A DNA stretch of 64,000 bases from the human T2T-CHM13v2.0 reference genome, Homo sapiens. The stretch lies in the NCBI RefSeq assembly GCF_009914755.1, contig NC_060927.1; one strand, written 5' to 3'. Made by a program: the position numbers and the translations under genes. Of this stretch, positions 15,025 through 42,298 are shown piece after piece; the stretch's first letter is position 1; the number at the start of each line of letters is the position of its first letter. The notes beneath the pieces were generated by a model, which saw nothing but the letters and a program-made list of their open reading frames with translations, was not told the DNA's origin and did not search any database.

Positions 15025-16002
15025 AGACACTATTTTCCAACCTTATATTAGAATGTTGGGCAAGAAAATTTGATCTCTGCCCTCATAGACCCTATTTCCT
15101 TTCAAATGTATGAATAAGTGAAGGGAGAGCCAGGACAGTTAAATCCAACCAATTCTGAACTTGGAAACAGTTTAAACAAACATGGTGCCCCATGCCGTTA
15201 TTACTTCAAGATGCCTTGGAAAGGGGAAAGTGTGAAATTGCTCCAGAGACAAATGTCAGAGGCCACATGAGAAACAGCATGGACTATGGAAGCAGGCTGC
15301 CTAGTTTGAATGCCAGCTTGGACACCTACTAGCTACCTGACCTTGGGCAAGTCACTGGTTAACCTTTCTGTGCTTCACTGTCTCTCTGTACAAAAAGAGG
15401 ATGGCAATAGCCTTATGGGGTTACTATCATTTAACATTTGGGAAGCACTTAGTACAATGCCTGGTACACACTAATAAATCTATAAATCCCAAGTTTTCCA
15501 AAGACCATCTTTGCCGTGAAGTTTTAAAACTGTTTTCCACCATACAAGCATCTAACCTTCTGCTTTGCTATTTATGAGAGCCTGTACCAAAGCACAGAAA
15601 TGACTTTAGCACTTTGGATGTCCTATCTTTGCAATATCACTTTGTCCCAGTACACACGAAGTTTTCAGAGTTTGATCTAATCTAGGGTCGGGGGCACAGT
15701 GGCTGCTATTGGATTTAGGCTGTGTTAGTTTTAGGTGAATAATTAACCTTAGAAGGAATGATCACCTCTGGACTTTATTTGGTTTTTGTCCATAGGCCTG
15801 CATAGGAGATTGCTCAACCCACTTTTGAGACATTTGTGTGCATTTATTGATCTGTTTGATTTTTTGAGCCCAATACTATAGCAGACAGTATTTTCCAACC
15901 TTGTGTTAGAATGTTGGACAAGAAAAAAGTGATCTCTGCGCTCATAGATCCTATTTCCTTTCAAATGTATGAGTAAGTGAAGGGAGAGCCAGGACAGTTA
16001 AA
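15025..16002 (+). repeat. ~120-bp direct repeat (15025-15143 and 15883-16002)
   Basis: tattttccaacctt..ttagaatgttgg.caagaaaa..tgatctctgc.ctcataga.cctatttcctttcaaatgtatga.taagtgaagggagagccaggacagttaaa occurs twice. Confidence 0.93.
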
Positions 16003-16459
16003 GATGAACCACTCGGCACATGGCCAGGGGGAATCTGGCTTTACCTGAGCAGAGGGTCACTGCTGGCTTACAGAGAAGCCAGCCGAACTGATGGCAGTCT
16101 CAGGGCTGGAAAAACAGAAGTGGAGGCAAGATCCCATTGAGAAGGGAGGAGCAGAGAACTAAGCTTGACAAAGGGCCAGTTTTCTCCTTAAGATACTTGG
16201 CACAATTTGAAGTTCCATGGAATGGGAGATAAAAAGATAATGCCACACCTTGAAGAGGCTCCAATAAATATATCAAGTATATGAGGTTCCTGTTACTACT
16301 GTAACAAAACTTAATATCTTACAGTTTTGGAGGTCAGAAGTCTGAAGTGGATCTCACTGGGCTTAAATCAAGATGTCAGCAGGGCTGAGTTCCTTTCTGG
16401 AGGCTCTGCTTCTACATTTAAAGAACCCTTGTGAGGATATTGGCCCACCTGGATAATCA

Positions 16460-19010
16460 AGCAATACATTTCTCAATAAACCATGAGTTGAATAAGAAAT
16501 CACAATAAAATTAGAATATATTTTGAACTGAATAACCATGAAGTTATAATATATCAAGAAAAGGAATACTTATAGGCAAATTTATAGCCTTTATCACATG
16601 TAATAGAGAAGAGAGGCTGAAAAATCAGTGACCTTAACTGCCTTAAAAGAAAAAAAAAGGCTAGAGAGGCCAGGCATGGTGGCTCACAGCTGTAATCTCA
16701 GCACTTTGGGAGGCCAAGGCAGGCAGATCACTTGAGGCCAGGAGTTCGAGACTGGCCTGAACAATATGGTGAAACTCCATCTCCACTAAAAAATAAAAAT
16801 AAATAAAAATTACCCGGGTGCTCTGTCTAATGCCTGTAATCCCAGCTACTCAGGAGGCTGAGCCAGGAGAATCACTTGAACCCAGGAGGCGGAGGTTACA
16901 ATGAGCCGCAATCTTGCCACTTCACTCCAGCCTGGGCGATAGAGTGAGACTCTGTCAAAAGAAAAAAAAAAAAAAGAAGAAGAAGAAAAAGGAGAAGAAA
17001 GAAAGAAAGAATAAAGAAGCTAGAGAAAGACCAAAATTCAAAGTCAACAGAGCAGAAATCAATGAAACAATAAATGAATGTACAATAGAGAAAAACAGCA
17101 AAGCCAAGGTTGATTCTCTGAAAAGATTAATGAAATAGGTAAAATCCTGGCAATACTAATCAAGGAAAGTAGTAAACATAAATCACTAATATCAGCAATG
17201 AAAATACTAAATACCATATACTAAAAATGTCAAAGGATAAGATCATGAATGATTTTATATCAATAAATTTGAAAATTAGATAAAATGGACAAATTTCTTT
17301 AACAAAAAACTTACCAATATTGAAACTTGAAGGATCATAAAATCTGGATATTTCTCTAGCTATTTAAGAAACTCAATCTGTTATCAAAAACTTTTCCACA
17401 AGTAAAACTCTAAACACAGGTGGCTTCACTGGTGAGGCCTTCCGAACATTTAAGAAAGAAAGAATGCTATTCTTACACAGTATCTTCCAGAGAATAAGAA
17501 AAGAAGTAACATATTCCAATTAATTTTATGAGCAATTAAAACCTTGCAACCAAACTTTTAGTGACATTAAGATAAAGAAACCTGCAGAATGATTTCTCTC
17601 ACGAACACAAATGCAAAAAATCCTAAAAAAAAAAAAAAAAGTAATCAAGTTCAGCAATATGTAAAAAAATGTTATACGTAATAGCCAAGTGGGGTTTATT
17701 CCAGGAATGTAAGAGTAGTTCAACATTTAAAAATCAATTAAAGGAGTCCAGCGTGGTGGTGCACTGCTGTAGCCCCAGCTACTTGGGAGGCTGAGGAGGG
17801 AGGATCACTTGAGCCTAGGAGGTGGAGCCTTCACTGAACTATGATCCCACAGCTGCACTCCAGCCTGGGCAATAGAGCAGGACCCAAGCAAGAGGGAAGG
17901 GAGGGGAAGGGGAGGGAAAGGAAGGGGAGGGGAGGGAAGGGGAGGGGGACAGAAAAAGGAAAGAAGAGAGAAAGAGAAAGAAAAAGAAAGAAAAAAGAGA
18001 ATAAGAGGAGTTTACCACATTAATATAAAAGAAAAGGGAATCATATGAGTATCTTAGGTGCAGAAAAAATACTTGACAAAATGCAACACCCATTCATGAT
18101 TTTTAAAAAATTTAGGCAACCCAGGAAGGAAGGAAAGTTCCTTAATATGGTTAATAATATTTAAAACAAAACAAAACACCAGCAAAAATTTTGCATAATG
18201 GAGAATTATTGAAAACTTTCCCTATCACCCTTCTACTCAATTTTGTATTAATAGTTCGGCAGTAACTATTAAAGCTGAACGTACATCTACTTCATGATGT
18301 ATGGGGAAACCCTGCAGTGATGCATCCCTAAGTGCACGAAAAGACATGTAGTAGAATGTAATGTGAGTTCTAGCCAGTGCAGTAAGTCAAGAGGAAAGAG
18401 ATTCCTAAGGATCTGAAAGGAAAAAACAAAACTGACCTTATTCATATAAGATATAAGGATGTGCATAGGAAGGAAGCAATTCCAACTAATAAGACAACTC
18501 AGCAAGATCACTGGATTCAAGGTCAATATACGAAAACCAATTGTTTTTTTCAGATACCAGCAACAGATAGAAAATAAAGTTAAAATTATATCCACAGCAG
18601 CACTATCCTTAAGAGCCCACTGAAGACTACAACGATCAAGAGGAAAGATAAAATGTGCTGCATACACAGTGTAGAATGTGCAACGCTGATAATGAATAAA
18701 GGGCAACTATAAACAACATAGGTGAATCTCACACATAGCATCTCCAGTGAAAGAGGTCAAACACAGAATTGTACGTATGGTATGATTCCATCTGCATAAA
18801 GCTCAAAAATCAGCAGAATTAGTCTATGTGTTAGAAGTCAAGATAATGGGTACCTTTGTGGGAGGGGGTTGTGCCAGCTTTGTTTGTTAACGTTTTGTTT
18901 CTTGATGTGGGTGCTGGTTATGTGGGTGTGTTCATTTGATGATAATTAAGCCGTACATTTATTTAGAACATGTGACGTTCTATGCATATTTATTATACTT
19001 TAATTAAAAG
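16460..19010 (+). mobile_element. Old L1M ORF2/3' fragments interrupted by Alus (16668-~16990; ~17745-17885) and a GA-rich tract
   Basis: A-rich L1 ORF2-like motifs (aagtggggtttattccaggaatg; ggattcaaggtcaatata) and L1M 3' end. Confidence 0.75.
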
Positions 19011-19339
19011 TTCTTAAAATTGTATTTAAATTCAGATTTTCCCCAGGCAGAAGTCACAGACCTGAGCAGGATCGGGCTGCAGGGGCGAGGAGAGGCCGCC
19101 CTCTCTGGGTTCAGCGCTTCACCTGACCTTGGCCTCCCGGAGCAGAGGGCTGCTGGGGACAGTGTCATTTGGGTAGAGTTTCCGAGAGGACCCAGGAGTG
19201 GTCCATTCTCTCGATGGAGACCCATTTGGGAGGAAGAATCTGAGAATCCTTGAGAATTGTGTTCAAAACGTTGGGTATATGAGAGCGCGTGCTTTCCAGG
19301 GGAAGAGCCCACGGTTTTCACCCTATGGACAGCCCCCGA

Positions 19340-20000
19340 ATCCCTAAGCTTTTGTATTTTTGAGACGTTTAGGAGCTGCTGGGCTAGATGAGGGTCCAGG
19401 GGTCAGAAACCTGCGTATAGCAACTCACCTGGGAACCCCCGCGGATCTCTCTCTGGGTTGTAAAGCGGCCAGACTAGTGCGCTCCGAAGCTGCTCAGGCT
19501 CCGGGGTGCTGCCCCCTTCCCCGAAGTGCAGCCTTGCAGACCCCGGGGCTGGGAAGGGGGCGGGAGAGAGGCTTGCATCTTGCAGCCCTCCGGTCCCACG
19601 GAGGGCACAAGCTGCTCGCTGGCTGCCCCAAGGGAGGAGTGCGAGGAGTGGCGAGGGCTATCAGCCCTGGTGGGCGAACCTTTCCCAAGAGGCGCTGCTT
19701 GCTCCGGCGGGGTAAAGCCGGACGAGGCGCGAGAGTGGGGTGGGTGACGCGCGCCAGCCACGGAGAATGAGGCTCGCTATCTGCGCCCTGCTGTGCGCCG
19801 GGGCCCTGAGTAAGTGAGCGCTGGGAGTCGAGGTGGGGGCCGGCGCTGCAAGGTGCTCCGGGGAGGCACTGGGTGCAAGCAGCGGGTCGGTCACAGCGGG
19901 ACCCTGCGCGACAACCGGACAGTCAGCGGGCCTGCGGGGCTGCGATGCACCCCTGAAAGTGCTTTCTCCACGCCGGCGCACCTGACACTTAGGTCCTCGC
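19340..20000. promoter_or_regulatory. CpG island around INHCAP exon 1
   Basis: Dense CpG/GC tract spanning the ATG exon. Confidence 0.8.
19767..19809 (+). pseudogene. INHCAP: Exon 1, signal peptide MRLAICALLCAGAL
   Basis: 43 nt like TF exon 1 (MRLAVGALLVCAVLG); donor GTAAGT. Confidence 0.9.
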
Positions 20001-20128
20001 AGAAACCCCATTGACTAGGGAGAGGATTGCAGACTATGACTAGCTGGCCAAATCCTGTCTGCGGCTTGATGTTGTATACACCCAGATGAGAGAATGCTTT
20101 TCACATCTTTAAATGGTTGAAAGGGAAA

Positions 20129-20430
<302 letters not shown>

Positions 20431-20573
20431 AGATTGAGGGGGAAATCAAAAGAGCAATATATGTGACATGAAAATTATATAAAATTCAAATTTCAGTGTC
20501 CATAAATAAAATTTTATTAGAATGCAATCATGATCATTCGGTTAAATATTGTCTATATGACAGCTTTCAGGCT

Positions 20574-21005
20574 TGTCCAAGTCAAATATCCCTAAGTTTA
20601 AAACATTTTATTTGGGAAGCAAGAATTGAAATTCTGAGCATACACACAGACTGGGTGGTCTTCTATATGTCCAAAGGACAAAGAGAAGATTGGAGGTTTC
20701 ATAGAAAGGAGAAATGTTCTTCTAGAAAGTTCATTGGCAAAAGTAAAATTTTGGGGAACTGGCAGATCCTGACTAGTGAGGGACTATAACAGGTAAAATT
20801 AGCCTTCGAGTCACAGCAGGTTTCAGCAGCTGTTAACTACACCTGGTCTCAGTTTACAACAGGCAGTTTCAGCAGCCAGGCTTGCGAAGAATTTCACATG
20901 TGGAGCAGTGCTATGTGCCCTGAGTGCTTTTTTGCCCCTGACTTCTCACTGTGTTTTAGTTGGGTATGACAAAAATAACCCACTTCTGTATGATCAACTT
21001 TCACA
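20574..21005 (-). mobile_element. ERV1 solo LTR (MER49-like)
   Basis: TG...CA ends with 4-bp TSD GGCT (20570-20573; 21006-21009). Confidence 0.75.
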
Positions 21006-22521
21006 GGCTTCAAGGTCAGAGTTGAGGAGTTGCCACAGAGACTAAAGTATTTACTCTTTAGCCCGTGACAGAATAAGTTCATGACCCCTGAACTAGAGGC
21101 TGTTGATCTCGTTTACAGTGAAAGAAATGGGGTTAGAGGAGAGAAGGGATTTTTTCCCCCTGGGGCTTAAGGGTTATTATTAAGTGAGGGGGAGGAGCAG
21201 GCAGGACACATGTCAGGTGTGCCTAACATCTAACCAGAAGGGTTTTTCTCGCCTCAAACTGGACAGTGCTTCCAGTACTTTTACCATACAACAGAGAGGT
21301 AGAGAGATATAGGGGAAAAAACTATCACCATAGAATGAGATCCACCTGTCACTCACTGCTGTGTGACTCTGAGCTCTCCCTTGACATCTCTGAGCTGGTT
21401 TCATTCACTAATAATTGCGTTTTCACAACAAACACAATTGCTGTGAAAATGAGATACTGTATCTAGTGGCATGCAGAGCTCTAGGCACAGGTGAGTTACA
21501 CCGGTAAAAATCTGCACATAAATGCAAGGGGCCCCTTCCTGTTTTGCGAGGGTGGGCTCCTCCAGGGCTCTTGGCGGGGTGATTTGAGGAAGGGAGTGAT
21601 GCGAAGTCAATGAACTCATGCATGTGAAGAGCCCTCCCTGGCTCAGCAACTGTTGGTTCTGTCCAGCCCTGGTTCTGTCACGTCTGAGGCTGTTGTAAAT
21701 AATTTCTGGGGTAGGGTATCTTATGTGGGGTGAGGGGTGAAGGGCAGAGCAAGAGGAAGGCAGGAAGGGAAGGGGATGCTGTGGTGGCCCCTCCCTGGCT
21801 CAGCACGGCCACGTGGGGCCACACAGGGAGCTCTGCTGGGGCTAGGGAAGGCTGGAAGGCAGAGCACAGTTGTAGTTGAACTGCAGTCACAAGGAAACCC
21901 AGAGTGCAGCCCCGCTGGGATCGTTCCTAAATTCTTCTTGAGTAGGGCTTCTGCTATTCTTCCTCTGTCTCTCGTCCTGGCAATGTCAGGCTCTGACCAA
22001 AAGTTCATTTACCCAATTCACCCTGTGTTTATAAACCAGAGACAAGAGCTGCCCATTTCAGCCTCCTCATTCATCTTCCCTCCTTCTTGGCTGCTGGACC
22101 AGGCCAGAGTCTGGGATACGCTTTCTTCAAAGCTCAGTGTTCTAGTCAAACAAGAACTATTCTGGTGGCAAATGACAGAAAATGCAAAGTAGCTTGAATA
22201 AAAAAGACCAAAGGGAAGGGGGCAGTTATTGGTATGCCCTGTAAGAGCCAGGAGCCAAGGGCTCAGACAGCCTGTACCTCCACCTTGGCCTCCACCTCCT
22301 TTCTCAGCTTCTTGCCCTTGCTTAAGAACTTTCTCTATTCGGTGAGCATCAGCAGCTTTCCCGTTTCAGGATCAGTCTGAAATATTCACAGTGGGCTCTG
22401 ATTACCTCTGCTTTAAATTGTCATATGGCCAGTGCTTTTAGTGAGTGACCTAGTCTAGGTTACTTGACTCTGGCTTAGCTTGCTTGCCCACACTTTCTCT
22501 TTCTTTTAAAAATCATTTATT

Positions 22522-25715
<3,194 letters not shown>

Positions 25716-26377
25716 TAAGTACAGTGGTGACTGAAAATGCTGACTTCTAAAAAAGGCCTTATCTTGACATTCCACACAAAGGCACATGGCCTGCATAATT
25801 CTACTCCCTTGGTTGTGCTTCTTACCCTGTCTTGCTACTACTGAAGATGTTTTCAAGTAAATTTGAAGGGCTCTATTTGTCCCTTTCATCACTGGCATGG
25901 GATTCTGTGTAAGGTAATTTGGCATCTTCTGTACTATTTCTTTTAATATTTCCTACCTATAGACAGTTAAAAGGCAGTATAGGTTTCGGAGTCAAACAGA
26001 CCCAGATGGTTCAAATATTAAGCTGAACTCCAGTTATTTAATTCCCTGACAGTTTTTTTAAAAAATCTCATCTCTAAAACAGGGTATGATAATAACTGTG
26101 AAAATTAGAGGAAAGAAACGTGCTTGGCACACTGCCTGACATATGGGGGCTCAGCCAAAAATGGTAGCTGTTATTATTGTAAACTTCACCTTCTAGAGTT
26201 CATTTAAATAACGTTTTGCCTAAATACTACAGATTTGTAAACAGCATTTTGCCTTTCTAGTGCTCTCTACACTAATTATTGCAGCTTCCAATGCCAGTGA
26301 ACTAAAGTCACTGATTTTAATGCCCCCACAATTAGTACCATGTAAGCTTTGAGTCACCGAAGTTAAGATACTGACTA

Positions 26378-32521
<6,144 letters not shown>

Positions 32522-32579
32522 AAGATACTGACTAAATCACTAGGCCCTACCTACGAGGGTAGGAAGCTTTCTTTTTTTC

Positions 32580-35750
<3,171 letters not shown>

Positions 35751-36889
35751 TATTTTTGTAATGTGTGTATGTGTATGTGTGTTTATGGGAAGAGAGAGGG
35801 AGAGATATGTTAGAGGAGTTTGACCTTATACAGTTGTGGGTGCTAGTTAAGCAGTCTCTATAAGACTGTTGTCTTTTTGCATCTGTTATTGGGGTTTGCA
35901 GAGGAGTCAGTCAGGAAAGAAAGATGTATGTAAAGTGGGAAAAGGCAAGAACTACCTGGAGGCCATAATCATGAGCTGGAGCCCACGGGACGGACTGAAA
36001 CCCATGTCAATTCTCGCTGCTTCTCATCTTGATGGTGTTCACAAGGCCCAGCGGCCTTCTTGCCCTTTTACCTGTATACTAAATCTCTCCTTTTCTTAAG
36101 GTTATTTATGTCAGTTTCTGATGCATGCATTTAATTAGAGTCCTAACTTTATACACATACACATAGATACAAATATACATACATATATATGAATATATAT
36201 TGTAAAATATTTATAAGAAAAAGTGGGATGGAAGAAAAGGGAGGCATACAGAAACATAATAGTAAATTCAGAAAAACTCAAGTTGCTTTAAATGTCAGTT
36301 AATAAATGAATAAAAAGAATGATTTCCATGATGGGTAGGGAAATGATCCAACCTCATTGTGGAGAAGAGGCTGTGAAGTTGCTTGCTTCTTGAAGGAAGG
36401 AACTTTTGGCTGACAGATCCCTGCCAAGGGAATCCACATTTGAGAGTGCCAAACCTGACTTCTTATGGATGGAAATATTCTACAATGCATTCACTCACGT
36501 ACCCAAGAAATGTTTATTGAACACCTACCTGTGCTAGGTGCTCCTCTAGGTGCTGGGATTGAGTAGGGAATAGAACAGACAAACATGCCTCCACCTTCAT
36601 GGAGCTTACATTCCAAAGGGGAGGACAAACAATAAACAGAGTTTGTCACGTGGTTGATAAGGCTCAGAAGGAAAACAAAGTGGCATCCAGCATACACGAG
36701 ATGGTAGTTTGAAGACTGTGGTCAGGGAATGCCTCACTGAGGAGATGACATTTGAGCAGTGATGTAATGGAGGTGAAGGAGGCTTGAGTCATGCAAGTGT
36801 CTATTGAGCAAGTGTCTCTGGCAGAGGGTTAGAGGAGTCTTTCTCAGAAGTGATGGGCATCATGCATGGTTTGATCCCTTCTCTTTCAG

Positions 36890-36998
36890 GCAAATGAAGC
36901 AGATGCTGTGACCATTGATGGAGGTTTAGTGTTTGAGGCAGGCCTGGCCCCCTACAGCCTTAAGCCCATCATGGTAGAAATCTGTGGGTCAAAAGATG
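36890..36998 (+). pseudogene. INHCAP: Exon 3: [36 protein letters not shown]
   Basis: 109 nt, open frame, AG/GT. Confidence 0.93.
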
Positions 36999-37940
36999 GT
37001 GTGTTCTCCCTGGGGACTGGTGTCTCTGGTCTGACACTGCAGCAATGATGGGTGTGGGTGGCAGGGGCCCTGTCAGCATTACACTTAGTAGGGAACAAAG
37101 TTGCTGGAGCTCTTTGCATTGAAGGAGGCTGTCTCTGATGCTAACTCCTGAGGGCTGGGAAAGTGGCTCTTCCTGGGCGACTGCAAACTTTGCACATTTT
37201 GATAGAAACTCCGCTGGTGCTGCTGGCTGTAGGGTATCTCCAGCCTGAGAGGGGAGTGCTATCCAGAGTCCATTGCTCACCCAGTGGGGTCTCACCCATG
37301 GGAGGCCCCTCTCTGGAGACACACAGGACCTGACTGCGTCTTCCTTGTGCTAACCCTGCCTGGGCAACAGAACACGGGCCTGGATTTATGGTGAGGAGAG
37401 GTTTGGGGGAGTCTAAGAATGAGGCTTTACCTCTTTCCCATACTTGTCCATTAGTGTCATCGTGTCATCAGTGTGTGTGAGCACAGCTGGCCTCAGTCTG
37501 ACTCTTGCAGGGCCCTGGCATATTCCTGGGACTCCTCTCACACCTTCACTTCGTGTTTGAGCTGCAGGGAGAACTGCTGTTGGGGAAAGGGGGAAAAGGA
37601 GAAAAGCCCTCAGGAAGAAGCAGTGACATCACGATGGCTGGGTGCTGAAGCGCTCCCTAAGTGCGCTCCACTCAGTAGGCCCTAATAGCTGGTGCCCTTG
37701 AGGATCCTGTCTCCACTGGCTTGGAGGGACTAGCAGAAAAAAGAACTAGTGTTTATTGCCTTGAAAAGGGATGGTGTTCTCTCTCCTGTCAATTAAGGGC
37801 TTTTTTTTTCTTTTTCTACCCACTTGCAGGGGGGTGGTGAGGTCCTAGCATCCCCAGAGTTCTGCATGGTACGTGCTCCAGAAGATCAGTGACAATATGG
37901 CATCTTCCTTTGGCCCTTATTCCTCTCTGCTCCTTTGCAG

Positions 37941-38101
37941 ATCCACAAACCCACCATTATGTCATTGCCATGGTGAAGAGAGCACCAACTTCCAGCTGAG
38001 CCAGCTCCAAGGCAAGAAGTCCTGCCACATGGGCCTGGGCTGGTCTGCTGGATAGAACATCCCCATCAGGACACTGCTTCCCCCTAGCTCCCTTGAAACC
38101 G
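37941..38101 (+). pseudogene. INHCAP: Exon 4: [54 protein letters not shown]
   Basis: 1-nt deletion near 37979, TAG at 38053-38055, donor GT changed to AT (G|atgagc). Confidence 0.92.
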
Positions 38102-39382
38102 ATGAGCCAGCTGGGGCTGGGTGTGCCCAGGCAGGGCTCCTGCACTGGTCACCCGCATGGGCTGTGCTGGAGTCACACTGTCATTGTGAAGTGTATGTGT
38201 CCACGGCCTCCAAGATGGAGTGAGGGTAACCTGCTTTAAATATGTACTGGCTGGGTGTGTGCACCAGCAACTCCTGGGAGCTGGCAGCTGAGTCTTCTCT
38301 GAGGAAAGGTGTCAGTCCCACCTTCCTCCTTATCCCTAGTCGCTTGGCTTGACAAGGGCCATCACTGAGGCCCACTAAGAAAAGCCACCTCCCTCCCAGC
38401 TTCCCAGAAAGGCTCACTGGGGATTCTAGACACACTATTGGCACCCAGGCCTACATGCCTTAGGTGAGGGCTTGGGACATGGGCAAGGAAAGGGTGACTG
38501 GGCTGGCACTAGGATTTTTTGTGTTCTCCAGGCTCCCTGTTCAGTTATGTTGAGGCACAGTAAGGCTAGGGTGATTTTTCAGCCCTTGAATAATGATGGC
38601 CAGATCTTTTTGAACTCTGCAAAAGTACATCTTTTTGAGTCCGGCCAACCTCTGCAGTGTTGATGTCTGACTGTGACAGGGACAAGTGACTGCAGGGACC
38701 TGAGAAGGGCTACAGCCTGGATCGCAGCTCTGGCCATGCTTTGCCCTTTCTGGGAGTGATCACTTGCCTCAGTGTCAGGTGCTACTGGACACCCATCTGG
38801 GCAGCTGTGCAGTGGCTGGTAGCCCACCTCCTACCCCCTCCTCGACAAGCTGTCCCAACTTTTCCAGAAGGCATATCCCATGAACTACCACAGCCTCTGG
38901 ATACACAAGGGGAGGTTGAGGGGAAGGTGTTTCCTGAGGTAAAGAAGGACTATTTGGGTTTGGCTGATGTGCAAGTGTTCCTGCTGTGTTTAGAGTTCAG
39001 CCTGGCCCCTTCCAGCCTCCGTGTGGGTGAATTAGCAGAGCTGCGTGCCACTGGGACTGAAGTCTTAGTTCAGTGTAGGTCAGTGGCTCTCACACCCTGC
39101 AGCGGACAAGCTGGGGAACATTCCTGTGGGTTCCATCACCCCATCAGTGTGATGCCTAAACCCGCAGGGACCCTGGGCCACACACTCCCTCCGGCATGGG
39201 CATTGCCAGCCACCTCCAGCAGGCTGCACTGGCTGGCCCCTGCACACCCACTTCCTCAGCCAGTCCTGGGAGGTGTGTGCAGATGCATGGGCTCTCAGTG
39301 AGGGCCACTCTCTCGCACACATGTACGACCTGGAGGTCCCAGCCAGCTCATGCCCTGGGGTCCATGTCTCTGTGTTGAGCAG

Positions 39383-39529
39383 CAGCGGCCAAGTTCTTCT
39401 CCAGCAGCTGCGTCCCCTGTGAGGACATGAAGAATTTCCCTCGCCTGTGTCAACTGTGTGCAGGGAAAGGGACAGACAAGTGTGCCTGCTCCTCCCAAGA
39501 ATCGTACTTTGGCTACGCGGGAGCCTTAA
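39383..39529 (+). pseudogene. INHCAP: Exon 5: [47 protein letters not shown]
   Basis: Transferrin Cys pattern; 1-nt deletion at the 3' end (GCCTTAA vs GCCTTCAA); donor GTGAGT. Confidence 0.92.
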
Positions 39530-40018
39530 GTGAGTGAGACCCCACTGCTCCTCCTCCTCAGCCTGATGTTGGGGAGACAAAGGCACAGAGAGCGAACAGG
39601 GCCCACCCCAGGCCACCTAGAGCATCAGTGAGAAATCTGGGGTCCCAGGTGCCTCCCATGGCCAAGCCTTGCTCCTAACCATCCACAGAGCACTCTTCTG
39701 TGTGGGAGCCCTGGCCTCCCCAGAGCTTGGGGTTTGCCCATGTTACCCTCCTAGACAAGGGAATGCTAGGGAGACAGACTCATGTCTAGGACTCTGAGAT
39801 CTACAGACACAGGTCTGGGCTTTTGGCAGGGCCAAAGGTCAGGACCTCCCAGCTCACAACTTTCTGCTGAGCTGCTTCTTGTGCGTACCTCGCCCCATCT
39901 CCCTCTCAGCCCCCTTGCAGGCACTTCTGCACACTCCATGCTCCATAAGAGAAATAGCTACTACTCCAAGGCTATCCAAAGTTATTAGTCTCCATGTAAA
40001 GGCTTTAAGCCTTTAGTT

Positions 40019-40049
<31 letters not shown>

Positions 40050-40342
40050 TTATTATTATTATTTTCATTTAAACCTGTTGCTTTTGGCTGCTTTCTAAGA
40101 GGAAAATGAGGATCCTTCTTTCCCATCCTGCCTCCTCAGAGTTGTCTGGTTTGGTGACTGCCAGGGCTCCTGGCTGCTTTTGGCCTGGGCTTCGCTGTGG
40201 GGTTCAAAGGCCCTTCAGACAAAGCCGTCACCTCTGTGAGGAAAGACTGATACTCAGGAACTCTGGGCAAAGCCCTGTTAGCCAGCAGTCCGGGCTGACC
40301 CTCAGAGGGGCTGCATGGGGGAGAAGTGAGGCCTGTGCCTGA

Positions 40343-40699
<357 letters not shown>

Positions 40700-40844
40700 T
40701 CTCTAGATATAAGTTGCCTTATATCTGATAGAAATTTAATTTGTTATAAGACCCAGAATCTGGAAACTCAAGTTGCCTTATATCTAGAGATGGGTGAAGC
40801 TCATTAATGCCACAGGAGAGTTTCTATGTAAGCATTTCTTTTAC

Positions 40845-41655
40845 AGTAATTCCCCCTTATCCACAGTATCACTTTAACACAGTTGGACTTGTGGCCAACC
40901 AAGGTGCAAAAATATTACATCACTACTCTTGCACCTTGGGGCCATTACTAAGTAAAATAAGAGTTACTGGAACACAAGCCCTTTGATACCACAGCTGTGG
41001 ATCTGATCACTGAGAAGGCTACTAAGTAACTAACAGGTAGGTAACGTAGACAGAGTGGATACAGCATTGACAAAGGGAGGATTCACAACCTGGGAGGGAC
41101 AGAGCAGAACAGTGCGAAATTCTATCACACTATCAGAACAGCAAGCAATGTAACACTTGTGAATTGCTTATTCCTGGCACTTCCCGTTTATGTAGCAGTG
41201 CCTTCACAAGAAGGGTGAGTATGGTATAAGAAGATATTTTGAGAGAGAGAGAGGCCATATTCACTTAACTTTTATTACAGCATATTGTTATAATTGTTCA
41301 ATTTTGGCTGGGCAGAGTGACTCATGCCTGTAATCTCAGCACTTTGGGAGGGTGAGGCAGGAGAATCGCTTAAGCCTCCAACCAGGAGTTGGAGGCTACA
41401 GCGAGCTATGATCACGCCACTGCCCTCCAGCCTGGGCGACAGAGCAAGACCCTGTCTCAAAAAAAAAAATGGTTCTTTTTTTATTAATTATTGTTGTTAA
41501 TCTCTTACTGTGCCTAATTTATAAATCAGACTTTATCATAAGTATGTAGTATAGAAAAAAATACTATATTAGGGTTTGGTACTATCCGTGATTTCCGGCA
41601 TCCACTGTGGGTCTTAGAACATATCCCCCTTGAATAAGGTGGGACTCTGCTGTAT
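40845..41655. mobile_element. MER44/Tigger7-like DNA transposon with an inserted Alu monomer (~41305-41470)
   Basis: TAcagta..cccccttatcc ... gaataaggtggga..ctgTA inverted ends and typical internal motifs. Confidence 0.75.
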
Positions 41656-42298
41656 TTGTTCTTTCTTTAGTGCTCAGTTTGATTCATCTATAAATCTACT
41701 AAACAAATTTTATGAACATTTAAACAATACTTACCATCTAATAAAACAAGTTGTAATAATCAATTCTCTTAGTCATTGAAATTTCAAATTTAATCACATT
41801 CTCCTGAACATTTCATTATAAATGTCTCTCAACTGCTTCAGGCACCTTAAGCAAAACATACAAATTATTGTAAATATTTCAGAACTTATTAGCACATCTG
41901 CATTTAAATCTGTTTCAAAAGCATTATTGCCATGGACAAAAGTGTACTTCTTCTTCTTTTTTTTTTTTACATTTATGAAAAAAACCCAAACTTTTTCAGA
42001 ATTTTGGACAGTTTACCACAAACAAACAAAATATTTCAGACTAATTGAGTTTCCAGATTCTGGGTCTTATAACAAATTAAATTTCTATCAGATACAGAAC
42101 ATTCAAAACATTTGAAATACATGTATATATTCACTGTGCTAAGCTCATTTTTATAATGTCTGCTACTTGAGGAGAATTTTAGATCATCGCTTTTTACATG
42201 GGTCCCAGTTCCTTACAACTTAATGTCTTTCCTAACATGAAATTGACTTCAGTGTCCTTTGTTCCCTTGTTCAGTTATTCACAATTCACTGTCTCCTC

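Noticed and set aside
19004-20014. ORFs around the INHCAP CpG island
   Set aside because: GC-rich chance frames; the real exon is the 43-nt ATG exon at 19767
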